From positions 13,742,784 to 13,806,783 of the forward strand of contig CM121341.1 of assembly GCA_051530055.1 (NCBI GenBank): DNA of 64,000 nt, read 5' to 3'. The position numbers and the translations under genes are program-made. Positions 44,662-57,071 of the stretch are shown here, in pieces; within the stretch, counting starts at the first letter, position 1; each line of letters starts with the position of its first letter. The DNA comes from Neoechinorhynchus agilis (taxonomy: Eukaryota > Animalia > Acanthocephala). Below the pieces are notes generated by a model. That model worked only from the letters and a program-made list of their open reading frames with translations, did no database searches and was not told the DNA's origin.

Positions 44662-45741
44662 TTTTCGGTTCGGATTTAGTCACTTCTCTACAACCTTTTA
44701 TCTAATCACTCGGTTTTTCTAGAGCATTTTTGAACGACGTCATTTCGACCGTCAACAGAAAGGAAAATATTGATTATTGAGTAATTCAACAAACTTCCGA
44801 GGTAGATTCATTTGTTGTACGGTCTCGCTGTTCCGATTAGTTACCATTGTCATCTTCTTGATAAAATCAGCATTTTCATTTTTTGTTTTAAAAACGAAAT
44901 GGGCGATAATCGAACACTGCTTCTTAGGGCATAAAAGTAAACACCGGAACTGTACTGAGTATTTTGTCAATTAATCTTTGAATTATTAAAGGTCTAATTT
45001 GTTCTTTGCGATCACCTCTAAATGTTCTTTTTAAGATATAATGAAAACAGCATTATATTCCGACGGACGTTGGAACTCTCATTATTTTGAATTGCATGAC
45101 AACTACTGCCAATTTTATCATAGTATTAATTGAATAAACTTTGAACACAACAAATGCAAGTTTACGAGAATTGAATAATTTTATTCGCTTTGAGATGGGT
45201 TTGTTAAAGCTCTTCACTTCATCAGTCTTCTGCAATCGACGTTGATTCTCTGATTGCCATTGAGGAGCTTCAAGTCATTAAATAGATTATTACAGCTTAC
45301 GCTTAGCATAAAATGAGTATTTGAGTTTAAAAATAAAGTCCATCCGCTCAACTTAGATTGTCCGTGTGATATAATCAAAGGCGGCCCTGATTGATAATTC
45401 GAGATTCAAGAACAGAATATTGAAGTTATAATTAAAGTGTTCTATTCTCAATTAACAAATTTTCCATTGGAATGGTAATTTGCAATCTATTCCTTAGCAA
45501 TTCGCTTCCCGTTCATATATCTCACCATTAGCTCATAAATACAATATATCAAAATGAAGAATATTTCAAAGATTCGCTCTTAGATCAATCTTATTTGTAA
45601 TTCGCTTCAATGCCTAGTTCACTTCTACAATACATTTCCGTGTCGTCAAAAAAAAATTGAAAATATAACCTTTGAAATTTGTTGATTTAAAGGTTCACGT
45701 AGTTGACAAAACCTACGCCAATCGAAAAACGCTGCAACGAT

Positions 45742-46143
45742 ATGCACTTGAACCTTAGAGTGTTTTTTATCGTGTTGATTCTGATCGCGTCTTTGCCATT
45801 TGACACTCAGGCAGCGGATCAAATCAAAGATTTGGGTGTTTTCAGTGAGTTGCCGGATTTGTCAACGAATGATTTAAACGTAATGTCGGTCAGTGAACGA
45901 TTAAGTATTATCCTGAAAGCAATGATACCTGGTTGTCGTATATTCATAGATGGAACGCTTCCAATGAGTCCAGATTACAGCCTACCTTTATCATTCAACG
46001 TTTATTTGGTCAGAAGAGAGACTGTGCAAATGTTTCGGATCCAGGGATTTTTCGATTCCAATCGACAGTTACAAATAACTGGAGTTCAGTCTGTGGATTC
46101 AATTTCTAACTGTGGAATTAGACCTTTTCCTGGTAATATTTAG
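45742..46143 (+). CDS. Small secreted protein (133 aa)
   Basis: Signal peptide MHLNLRVFFIVLILIASLPFDTQA; two Cys; AATAAA at about 46176. Confidence 0.75.
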   Translation: MHLNLRVFFIVLILIASLPFDTQAADQIKDLGVFSELPDLSTNDLNVMSVSERLSIILKAMIPGCRIFIDGTLPMSPDYSLPLSFNVYLVRRETVQMFRIQGFFDSNRQLQITGVQSVDSISNCGIRPFPGNI

Positions 46144-47276
46144 ACATGGCTCACTATATTCATAGATATTCAAAAATAAAACCTGGATTTTTCAGAAAAA
46201 CCATTTGGTGTTCAGTAAACGGCGTGTGGTGGCTACCTTACGCCAAAATGTTTTAACGAAGTGGCCTCGTTATGAGAAATTGCTAAGCACTCTCGTCCCT
46301 TGACGTTTTCTCACTATAAATAACATAGGCGAGCGTTACTAAGAAAAAAATCGCAATGGTGAACATGAGGGGAAGCATCAATAGATCGGCATACAAAATG
46401 CATTGAGCCACAAGCGTGGCATTTTCGCCAGATATTGTTTAATGAAAGTGTTGTAGAGGAAAAACATCGATATAACTAAAAACACAGCACTAAAGCCCAT
46501 TTGCACCGTTTTAAATCGACACTTTCCATCGTAAACCTTTTGCGGGTGGTCGTATGTGAATATCCGGATTGCGGAATGCCGCTTTAAGGACGCTCTTTTC
46601 TAAGTTTGGTTGTATCATTAAAACGATAAGCAGAGCTGATCGAACAGTCCAATATGCTATTGGGGCCAGTCTTGCAATGACAAGACATATTGCCGAACGC
46701 GAAAACATTTTATGAAGTAAGCAAGTGGTCTATAGAAATGGTCGAAGTTTAATATAGCCGTTGAAGACGCCAAGAATTCGTTATGCATCGATAGAGAACG
46801 AGGCTGTCGCACATTGAGGCTAAAGTATTATGAAGATTTTTTAAAATTCGCATAGGTAGTAAACACGAATACATTTATTCTATGAAATGTTAACATTTTA
46901 AAAACCCCATCTTGAGCAGTGCATTTAAAGATTATCTCCATTAACAGCTGAAGTAGAGGGTATTATGAGGAGATTATTTGAAAGATTCGCCCAACTAAAA
47001 ACTCGATTTAGTTGATCTATGAAATGCTGACACTTTTGCACAAAAACTTTGGGCAGCGCTTATAAAGGTGATCTCAATAAACAGCTTATTTAAAGAGTAC
47101 AATAATAACCATAGCTCCAGTTCTCTTGTCTTAGATCACGAAGCTGGGATCTTGTTACGTTTACATCCATAATCTGTGAAAATTGCGTTCAATATTTCTA
47201 TCGCCAATCGTTTCTCCGTTAATGGCGATAAGCAAATCAGTGCTGCCCTGTGCATCCTAGCATAAAATTGTTAGTT

Positions 47277-47510
47277 TCATTCCCCAAGATGATGGGAATC
47301 TCGATGCTTAATTATCCTTTTTACGGCACGGTTTGCGATACCAACTGAACTCAGTGGCTGATTAACTTTGAAACCCAAATTTAGGAATGGCAGATAATCC
47401 GATGGTTTATCTCGCAACACCTGAATCCCTCCTGTAGGATCCATAGAATTAAAGCTCTTCTCCACGTTATCGACCTCCAAATCCTCATTGTAGGTAAACG
47501 GCACTGTCGC
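47277..47510 (-). mobile_element. Penelope RT C-terminal fragment
   Basis: NSMDPTGGIQVLRDKPSDYLPFLNL...HRDSHH, homologous to the 30 kb element. Confidence 0.8.
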
Positions 47511-47654
47511 GATGTTAAATCCACGAAGACATACTGCCTTTCAAATCATCGAGGAAAATCATTGCGAAGACGGGAGCATCGTCGCACTCTATTCCTCAAA
47601 CGATGTCTTTGAGACAGTATTATTCCGTCATTTATAACAAATGCGCATCCCAAG

Positions 47655-47965
47655 AGAGGCGAGGAAGTGCAAATGCCTTCTCGGGGACGTCACGCTCACA
47701 GCCAACAACATAACATTAGCCGCTGTTAAACCAAGGGGAGCAGCAACCGCCGCTGAGGAACGCAAAAAGACAAATACAGGGACTTGGGTCGAAATATTAT
47801 TTCGTGCCCTTTATCGTCGAGACACTCGGGTCGTTTGGGTACTGCGGCGCAGGACCTGGGACGAATCACTGATGATCGGAGATCAGGAGCATTCCTCTAA
47901 CAAAACATTAGTCTGGCTGTACAGCGAGGGAACGCTCAATCCGTTTTTTCGACCGTTACACCACT
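47655..47965 (+). mobile_element. CRE-clade RLE fragment
   Basis: Near-identical to 52260..52570; FVPF.VETLG, QNISLAVQRGNA-like remnants. Confidence 0.85.
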
Positions 47966-48231
47966 AATGTAGCTGAGTGATCCAGAGCTGTAATGTGAAT
48001 GTTGGTAATATTTGGTCGAGACTAAATGCTATTTTGATTGCTGAAAGAAAAGCGTTTAAATTCAGAAAGAAATCCATTACAATTATTCTGATGTACAGGT
48101 AGACGACCGATTTTAATTTGTTAATCGATGATTGAACACATAATTCGTTGAGCCAATCAAAATTAGACGAAAGAATGCTCGTTAATCAACAACGTGAGCT
48201 TCCTCTATATTTCGTGAATGCAAAAATTCAA

Positions 48232-48867
48232 ATGTACTCCTTCGTTTCGGGTCTTTATCAGCACTTGAACATTAAACCGGAGTTCCGGGTGTTGGTTATT
48301 GGTTCGTTCGCAAGTGGAAAGACGACTTTTGTTCGGTTCTGTAAAGCTGCCTTGGATCGAGCGTCGTCAATTCCAAAACGACCGCCTATCCCAACTGTCG
48401 GATGCAACACCGTTCGGATAAAAACAGCTAAGGCGATTCTTACTTTCTGGGATCTCGGTGGACAGGACGACCTTCAGCCATTATGGTCAAGTTACTATTC
48501 TGAATGTCAGGGAATAGTTTACCTCATTGATTGTAGACAACAAGAACGGATTAAATCTATTGATTTGAACAATGTCTAATTTGTTCAAATCGATACCACG
48601 AATATGTCGAGTTCTGCTCTTTTTGAAACAGTAATTAAACATCCTTCTTTAATTAGTGTTCCTGTACTTTTAGTACCGAACTATCAAGAAGAGGCAAATC
48701 CAAGAGACTTTAGACGAATGTTCAATCTGGAAACGATCTGCAATCAAGAATGCATGATTCTGAATTGTTGTTTGCTCAAAGGAGAAGGAGTTATCGAAGG
48801 TGTACAATGGCTATTAGAAGCCATGAATAGAAATATCGCTAACCGAAAACCCAAAATGTACGATTGA
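48232..48867 (+). CDS. ARFRP1: ADP-ribosylation factor-related protein 1
   Basis: MYSFVSGLY, GKTTF, PTVGCN, FWDLGGQDDLQPLWSSYYSECQGIVYLID, GEGVIEGVQWL, NRKPK; the interruption at 48574..48611 is not cleanly spliceable. Confidence 0.85.
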
Positions 48868-49439
48868 GACACTCCTTTTGTGCATTGTATAATTAAAAGC
48901 AAATTCCACCGAACAACGTTTTTATGGTTTGACAGTGAGTAGTAGTAATATAACAAAATCATTTGGAAAAACTGAATCCAAACGTTTTTTGGAATAAACT
49001 CGTTTAATTTGCTTCTGTTCAGCATTTAAAAGTCAAAATATAAAAGAATTTACACTTTAAAATCAACAGAATTGGTAACGAAATTGATATATTCCCTTTT
49101 TGGTCCTCAATTCGCTACCGTGTAGAATTAAGAACCTAGGACACCCTGATCGGCACTATTATTAAACGTAAATAGAGCATTCAAACAAAGATATTTATTT
49201 GTACCGACAAACAAGACATTCTGTGCTGAGTTAATACATTGTTTACTTAATTTTTCATGTTTTAACAGTCTTTTGCTTCGATCTTTAAAGCTCCAAGCTC
49301 AATATTTGCGTTCAAATTCACTTAAAACCAACGAAGACCAAATAGTATATTTTTCTTTACTAGCACAACAAATCGTTGCCATGGTGATCCTGATTATAAC
49401 AGCTTACAAATGTAGAATTTTGCAATAGAGGTTTTCCTT

Positions 49440-50827
49440 ATGATCGCTGTGCTGCTTGCCCTAACGAGTGCTAGTGCATCCGCACAAATGTTGTTGTATG
49501 GAGAACCTTTATTGGCTTTATCAAGCGAACAAGTTACCTATTTATGGAATGTCTCATTGATTATGAAATCAGCCGGGTATCCAACTGCACTTGACTCTAT
49601 CCCTTTAAGAACAGTTTCTGTTGAAATTGGCTCAAAATTCACATTAAAGCCTAGCCAGGCAATTGTAGACAAAATGCTTTTGTTGATCAACAAAGGACTT
49701 GATAGCCATGTTGTTTGGTTCCGATGGCCATTTGAAGGAGATTCTGGAGGACGAATAATCGTCTCATACGATTACTCAATTAACACTTATAAATCTTGTT
49801 CAGTGGGAATCGAAACGGACTCGAATGGAAGTCTTATTGTTGACACTAAAACAACTATAAATCATTCGGCCTACTATTTTGTGATCGGTCTGCAACTAAA
49901 GAAAAGTGGATTTAATGACCTATTGAAGAAGTATTATGTCAATTTTTATAGACGAATCGCAAACAGCATTTGCGATGGAGAAACGTTTATTCAACTGGAT
50001 TATAACCAAACAGTTAAGCCTCGGTGTGGTATTGAGTATTCCACGAAGGCAATGTTCGATTTTGTGGGCTTAAAGACGTATACTCCGTGCCCTTCCATTG
50101 AGATTTCACCTTTTAAGTATGAGGGAACCAATATAGACGATTGTAATCTTGTCAAGACAATCATAAAACCAATCACAATTTACAATGAAGGTCGAGATGT
50201 CACATGCCGGGTTAACTTCTTTGAAAGTATTCCATACGGAAACGATCAACATAATGAGAATTTTTCTCTGAAAAGAAAAACTCTTATTAATTAGAAGACC
50301 CAAACATTTTCTCCAATATCTTCTGTTCTCAAACTATCAAAATTATGAGCGATTTTCGGTTTATGAGTAAGATAAAAACCACCTTTAATGCGAAGGAACT
50401 AAGTGAAATCGATTTAGTATGCCCTTGGCAATGTAAGGGTTGCAGCTATCTTTTCACGCTCGATTCTTTATCTTATCGAAACTACAAAAACATTTCTAGT
50501 GGAAATCGTGAGCGGTTTAGATTTAGAGTTCCGAAGACAAAGGAGGCGCAATTGACAGTGCAGTGCACAGCTACCGACGGATTGCAAGCCAAATCATCAA
50601 AAATAAGAATCGATGTCATTAGAGGACAATTGAGGCGTCGCAGTATCGTATTGCTAGCCGTACTTTTATCGATATTTTTCATTTTCTTATTAGCTCTCTT
50701 ATTGCTACTGTGTTGTTCGAAAATTACACCGAATGAAAACTACGTTAGCACTGAGTTGGATAGTCGTCATGAAGTGCCGAATATCATTGCTGAGTTAGTG
50801 GATATCGAAGATAATCGTAATAAGTAA
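49440..50827 (+). CDS. Lineage-specific type-I membrane protein, paralog 1
   Basis: Signal peptide; a 68-nt GT-AG intron 50227..50294 joins the ORFs in frame; QCTATDG..IRIDV membrane-proximal segment; C-terminal TM helix. Confidence 0.8.
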
Positions 50828-51079
50828 AATACTTTTTTTGACGAAACCGCTTTTTGTTGAGTTCTGATCATTCTAACTAGCTTTTTAGCGAACTTTTGAC
50901 TGCTTTAATTAGTTAGCGTTTAAAATGGTGTCACTTAAGGAATGATAAATCAAACAAAACTGTACGGCAAATCCTTTCAACTGGCAAAAAGCGATCATTG
51001 CCTTTGCGACAATTGTATTAATCTCTCAAAATCTCGAAATTTGTCCATTCGAGCAAGTAGCTCCCCAAAAGCATCAATG

Positions 51080-52570
51080 TGGATCAAACTGTGCAGAATC
51101 GGTCAAAAACTGCTGATGACCTTCCATGTAACGCAGAGGCAATTGTTCATTCACTCCGCACTTTCATCACCGGAAACTCAAAGCCGTGCGTGATCTTGAA
51201 ATGTGATTTTAAAATGCATTCAACACAGTTCACCGAGCAGATTTGCTCGGAGTAGCTAGAAATCACGCACCAGAAACATTTCGCTATTTCGTTAATGTCT
51301 AATAGGAGTTCAACACCCCTATCGTGCAATAACCACGTTTTGTGGGATCATTTGGGCCCAATAGCCTTCTCACTCGCAGTCAATCCCGTCGCGCGCTCCC
51401 TCCAGTGCAGCTTAACCGGCTGGTACCTGGACGATGCCACGCTCGGAGGTAACCCTTCTGTAGTACTGCGCGATTTGGAGACGCTCGTGAAGGAGGCAGT
51501 GAAAATTTTTCATTGAATTGAATGCTGCGAAATGCGAGATTTTAGATATGAACGTGAAAGAAGCGTCCAGGCAAACTATCGTGAAAGATTTTCAGAACCT
51601 GACCCTGGATGGAATTGATCACTCTAGATCGGTTGAGTCTTCTAAGAAGCCGCATTTTTGCTTCTAATGCTGAAGTAGAGATTGCCAATCTTCAACCGCA
51701 ACTTTCGGTGCTGTGCGAACGAGTTGATGAATTATCTTCGAACGAGGCTTTGTTCCTGATAAAGAACACCCTCTTCATTCCAAAACTGCTGTATAAGCTG
51801 CACACAGCACCTTTTTTAGACATTAGAATAAGTTGGCAAAATTAGACGAAACGGTGAGAGCCTCCCTCCAGAAAATTTTAATTACTCAGCTGTCGGGCGA
51901 GGCCTGGCGTCAAGCGTCCTTGCCTGTGTCGTCCGGTGGTTTGGGTATTCGAAACGCAGCTGATATTTCTCTGTCAGCTTATTTGGGATCGTATGAAATA
52001 AGCCAAAATAGTTCAGTTTTTTCTTGGCGAGAATTACACTTTGGATGACGATTTAATGGAAGCTCTTAATCTTTGGTGTGAAGATTCCGGTCTCCTTCAA
52101 TGGTTACATACAATCAGTTTGGGACTCACCCCGGTAGCGAGAACTCGCAATTCTTATTCGTGCCCTGAATACCGTGAATGCGCCCAACATCCTGTAGCCG
52201 AGCAATATTTGCCGACTCGATGGCCGTAGACCGCACGGTGTCACAGTATTCCCGTGGCGAGAGGGAAAATGCCTTCTCGGGGACGTCACGCTCACAGCCA
52301 ACAACATAACATTAGCCGCTGTTAAACCAGGGGGAGCAGCAACCGCCGCTGAGGATTGCAAAAAGACAAATACAGGGACTTGGGTCGAAATCATTATTTC
52401 GTGCCCTTTGGCGTCGAAACGCTTGGGTAGTTTGGTACTGCGGCGTAGGACCTGGTCGAGCAAGTCCCCAAGAGACTCAGGCGAATCAATGGCGATCTGA
52501 GATCAGAAACATTCCTCCTACAAAACATAAGTCCTGTTATGAAACCGGGAGTCGCTGCATCCGTCCTTTT
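51080..52570 (+). mobile_element. Internally deleted CRE-clade retrotransposon
   Basis: EAIVH, LKCDF, LGPIAFSL, WYLDDATLGG, WRQASLPVSSGGLGIR, DGRRPHG...PW, FVPFGVETLG. Confidence 0.88.
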
Positions 52571-52869
52571 GATCGTTACACCAGGGCGGCAGCTGAATGT
52601 CCCAGAATGGTGGTGTGAGTGATCTAACGTGTTATATAAATTTCATTCCAATACATTGTCATGCTAAAAAATATTATATGGTTAGTGGACGAGAGGTGAT
52701 GGATCCGATGTTTGAACAGACCTCAAATACTTTGCACGATATATTTCCTTTCCTAATAGAACGAACTTTTGATAATTGATAAAAAAGAGTGTTATTTATC
52801 TGGATTTAAAAACTTTTCTTACTTATGTGCCATGGATGAGACAGAAACGAGTTCTTAGTTACATAGAAG

Positions 52870-53190
52870 GAGCTCGGCAAAAGAAAAAAGGAGAGCAAGA
52901 CCAAAACTTGGAGCTGATCAAAGGGTAACCGCTGAGGGGAAGAAACTCACTGATGAATCCCACCTCCTGGAGGTATCTGAGGATCCAGAGAGAAGTACAA
53001 ACTCATAACCGTGTGGTTCAAATATTAAGTGATTTTATGCGCTTCCTTGAACCACGTCGGTGGGTTGTGTGCTCAAGGAAAATAATTAGCAGAGAAAAAG
53101 GCCTCACATCAACATAGAACAAATGTAACCGTCTATCCAGATTTAAAAAGATAAAATGCGTATTTGTGGGAACACCTTTATGCTTCATGG
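52870..53190. repeat. Family A foldback relative
   Basis: ctggaggtatctgag..tacaaactc and ggttgtgtgctcaaggaaaataatt match 26130..26190 and the family A arm. Confidence 0.6.
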
Positions 53191-53955
53191 TCTCAAGGAT
53201 GCGTCCAGCATTCCCCTTCTTAATCGCACATCAAACCATTTTCCAACCTTGGATAAGAATTCCGCGGTGTTTGGTCCGACGGCCCCAATTGTCTCAACGA
53301 CGAGAAGTTAGAAAATGCAGAGCTAAAGATTGAGACATTTGTATTTCTCCTCTTTTCATCACTTAACCGGTCAAGAAACTGCAAAGGACATGTTGCTCTT
53401 AGCAATCGTACTCGAACAAGTGAAAAATAGGGAAAGAATAGAATAAAGATTCCGAAGGACGGCCCTAATAGTTATTTCGTGCCATTTTCTGGGTCACTTA
53501 GAACGCCCTGTTGTGAAATATTTCGCAAGCGTCGAAATATTGGTTTGTGTCAAAGATGACACCGCGATTTGATAGAATTTGTCAAGCTGCGATACGTTAA
53601 TAAAAAAATGAAATTTTTGGCCGATTTCTTACATGGGACATGAACGGATAACGCACTTAGCCAACGTTGAATAAGGAGTTCAAGTATAAAATGTCCGTAT
53701 GCACCATATCACGTATTTGCTGCCGTTTCTTTGGTCCTTAATCGTAATACCGAATAAGCTTGTTTTATCAATAGAAGTTCATTGAAAATTCCAAAGTGAG
53801 AGTGCGATGCTCAAAACCCATTTAGGGCAACATCGAAATTTTAACCTATGGCAAGAACGACATTTCATAAGATTGACGTCTTCGTTCACGCGCACATGAA
53901 CGTATAAAGCAACGCGGCTACATCTACTTCCTTTTACACTTTCTTGAATCGAAAA

Positions 53956-54774
53956 ATGGATTCTTCTCATGGATTCGACGATCAATTTGACAACAATCCT
54001 GAAGTGCTGCAATGGATGCAAAACCCAGATCAGTATTTAAGTCAAGACATAGTTCCCCCGATTACACATCCGCAATCCACAGTTCCCGTCGCTTATGATA
54101 CTGGCAATTCAACGCCACAGTCTGCAATTTTAAGAGTGCTGCCACAACCCTACTCAACTCCAGTCACTGCAGCAAGTCAAAATATTCCAACCGATCAATC
54201 TGGTGCCCCTTCAAATTTTTCCGGCTCTAGTGCTCTCTCAAGTTTATTCTCGCCGTACCAATCAAATCTTAGTACGCCAAAAAATCAAGATGGAGAGTCA
54301 CAAGATCCTTTATTGTTCAAAAGTAAATATATAATAGAAGGAGATTCCGCGACGCAGAAAGCAAAAGGATCCCTGAAGCCACTTTCGCAACTAAAGGATT
54401 GGTTGCATGAGAAAAAAGAAGGTAGAAGTCAACGAGATATCAATTCCGTGGATGAACCAATGAGCAAATCTGCTAAATTAGCAAAAACCTACAATGATCT
54501 AAAATTACTTTTCTCAATCTTCAAATCGCTTGACGCTAACAACGATGGGATGATTACGAAGGAGGATTTTATAATATTGATGCAAAAACAGGGAATGGGG
54601 TCGATGGCTAAACCAATTGGCAAGGCTACATTTAAGGCTTTAGATGCAGACAAAGACGGTAGACTAACGTTTGCTGACTTTTCTGGAATCTTGATGAAGA
54701 TAAAAAACAAGAGTTCAGGAAAACTAATTGGTTCAACAAAGGCCGCCGGCGAATCAATGGATGTCGAATTTTAA
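53956..54774 (+). CDS. Two-EF-hand calcium-binding protein with a low-complexity N-terminus
   Basis: DANNDGMITKEDF and DADKDGRLTFADF canonical loops. Confidence 0.85.
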   Translation: MDSSHGFDDQFDNNPEVLQWMQNPDQYLSQDIVPPITHPQSTVPVAYDTGNSTPQSAILRVLPQPYSTPVTAASQNIPTDQSGAPSNFSGSSALSSLFSPYQSNLSTPKNQDGESQDPLLFKSKYIIEGDSATQKAKGSLKPLSQLKDWLHEKKEGRSQRDINSVDEPMSKSAKLAKTYNDLKLLFSIFKSLDANNDGMITKEDFIILMQKQGMGSMAKPIGKATFKALDADKDGRLTFADFSGILMKIKNKSSGKLIGSTKAAGESMDVEF

Positions 54775-55289
54775 TATTGTATAAAATTCTGCGTTACATT
54801 GGGACAAACAATAAGTTTAGACTTCGTTATTTCTAACATTCGACAGAGTGCTCCTAAAACAAAACCGAGTTGGCAGCTTATCTGAGATAGACTACAGCTG
54901 ACATAACAACTTTAAAAACACAACACATTTGTGAATATTAACGGCACGGCGGAAAAAGTTCGTCGTAGTTCAAGAAGTTTCCTAAGATAACTATCAATAT
55001 CAGGACAATTGTAAATAACAATGGTCGAATACCACATCAAGCGCTTTGCTCACGGAACTGATAATGTCAGTATTCGAGCAAGTCACTTTAAAGTGGTCCG
55101 CATAGTTCAACTAAACGCGGATCGTAATATTCCTATGCTATTTATAAGCCAAAGGCTGTAGTTTATATAATAAGCAATTGCTCCAAGAAACAGTACCCAC
55201 TGTTATCGTTATTAACCATCGTTGGTCACTCACCTAAAAATCAATATTTTAAAAATGGGTGTGGTGGGGGTACTAGACGTAGAGAGCAA

Positions 55290-56255
55290 AGTAGTAAAAC
55301 ATGTGTGGGTGTGATGGGGGTACCTAAGTTGGTAGCCTTGGCTCAGGTGCGCGGGACCGTCGATTTTCGAGGTTGGGCAGAGCCTCTTTTATCAACCTGC
55401 TCTGTAGGTTCCTCTCGGCAATCCTTGTACACGCGTTTTCAAAATCGATTCTGTAGTGTTGTTGATAGCGTGATTAGTTAAAGCTGACGACACGTCACCT
55501 CGTCGTAGCGTATAACCCATCCTCGTTGTGATGATCTGAGCTCGAATGAATTTCTTCTCCAAACCGTCTTTACCGTCACTTTTCGTCGTGCTTTTCGCTC
55601 GAGCCAATACCTTCCTTATAGCGTATGCCGGGTACTCAAGGTCCTGAAGTTTTACAAAGATGCTCTCAATGTCCTTCCTCATCACATGGGCATTGTTTGC
55701 GATTTTTATGGCTCGTTTGAAGATGTTTCTTGCAGCATTGATTTTGTACTTGGTCACAAATTTTCAGAAAATTGGGCTCGACGAATCTGGTTCCCTACTA
55801 TCCGTCAGGACCCAAACTGAGCGGGATATTGCAAGTGAAACCATCACAGCTTATGGAAAATCGATGCGTCGTATATTCGATACCCTGTAAGGATTGTGAC
55901 CAGGTCTATGTTGGACAGACAAAACAGGGAATGCGAAAAAGAGTCAAGCAACATAAGTATCCCCTACGACGAAGTGACGTGTCGTCACCTTTATTCAATC
56001 ACGCTATCAAAAACGACCACAGAATCGATTTTGAAAACGCGTGTACAAGAATGGCCGAGAGGAACCTACAGAGCAGGTTGATAAAAGAGGCTCTGCTCAT
56101 TGATATGGAGGATACAATCTAAAAGAGCAAGCATCCTCTAAGATTTCCGATGAGGAATCTCCATGGGTCTTTTGCGCAGGGGGTGAAATATCACCTCGGG
56201 GATTGATGGTCCCGCGCAATCGAGTTAAGGCTACCAACTAAGGTACCCCACCACA
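55290..56255. mobile_element. Head-to-head inverted pair of Penelope-like fragments
   Basis: Plus strand: VVYSIPCKDCDQVYVGQT GIY-YIG; minus strand: RT thumb (RAIKIAN...YPAYAI) joined to the endonuclease C-terminus; inverted similarity 55377..55513 / 55960..56097 and 55316..55360 / 56205..56250. Confidence 0.82.
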
Positions 56256-56717
56256 TCCATTTTTAGATGCTTGAGGAGGAGGCTGAGGCCTTGAAAATTC
56301 GCGAGGTTGATTTCAATAAAAATCGAGTGTGTTACAATTCGCCATTGGGAATACACATCCACTCGAAGGAACAATTGGATAGAATTTTAAAGAAGACATT
56401 CCACAGCAAAGATCTGCTGTTTAAAAATGATTACTGTTTTATTTTTAAAAGAAAATGCAAATGCTGATTTTACTAAGTGGAAATGAGTTTAGTAGTTTTT
56501 AGGATGATGATTACAACTTAAAATTGATTCAGTGACTAATCGGAACAGCGAGACCGTACAACAAATGAATCTACCTCGGAAGTTTTTGTTGAATTACTCA
56601 ATGATAAATATTTTCTTTTTCTATTGACGATCGGAATGCCATCGTTCAAAAATGCTCTAGAAAAACCGAGTGATTAGATAAAAGGTTGTAGAGAAGTGAC
56701 TAAATCCGAACCGAAAA

Positions 56718-57071
56718 ATGAAAACCTTTCTCGTCTTTCTTGCTCTTTTCTCCGTGGTGGTTGCTGTCGTCCAGAAACGAGGAGCTTACGAGGCAGCTTC
56801 TCCCTCAGAACTCGCAACTTACGTCCGTGGGGTGGCGTGGGCAATGACCTCGAGAACTTGTGGAGTAGATATTGCCAATCTTCCACCGACACTTAAGAAC
56901 GGACAAACTCTTCTTATTCAGTTCAAAGTGACCAGTCCAGTCATCGAAGACATGATCTATGAAATAGAAGTAGACGTGGAACCAGCGAGATTTGTTCTCC
57001 TAAGTCTGAATTACCTAAATCCACAGCTTTACAATGTCGTGGATGCGTCTTGTCCTAAAGGATCGCAATGA
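56718..57071 (+). CDS. Small secreted protein (117 aa); copy 2
   Basis: Differs from 44308..44661 at V80I and K106N only. Confidence 0.85.
   Translation: MKTFLVFLALFSVVVAVVQKRGAYEAASPSELATYVRGVAWAMTSRTCGVDIANLPPTLKNGQTLLIQFKVTSPVIEDMIYEIEVDVEPARFVLLSLNYLNPQLYNVVDASCPKGSQ

Noticed and set aside
46300-46800. Possible piggyBac-like transposase remnant (FDHFY, WTVRS) on the minus strand
   Set aside because: Motifs are too short and scattered across frames; no TTAA/TIR pair identified
48577-48579. TAA reassignment as an explanation for in-frame stops (ARFRP1, THADA, 12180)
   Set aside because: TAA terminates clearly conserved genes such as eIF5A and SRP14
53220-53405. 61-aa minus-strand ORF
   Set aside because: No homology or splice support
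56147-56195. ccgatga...gaaatatc hammerhead-like text in the 56 kb Penelope end
   Set aside because: Core mutated and stems I and II cannot be formed
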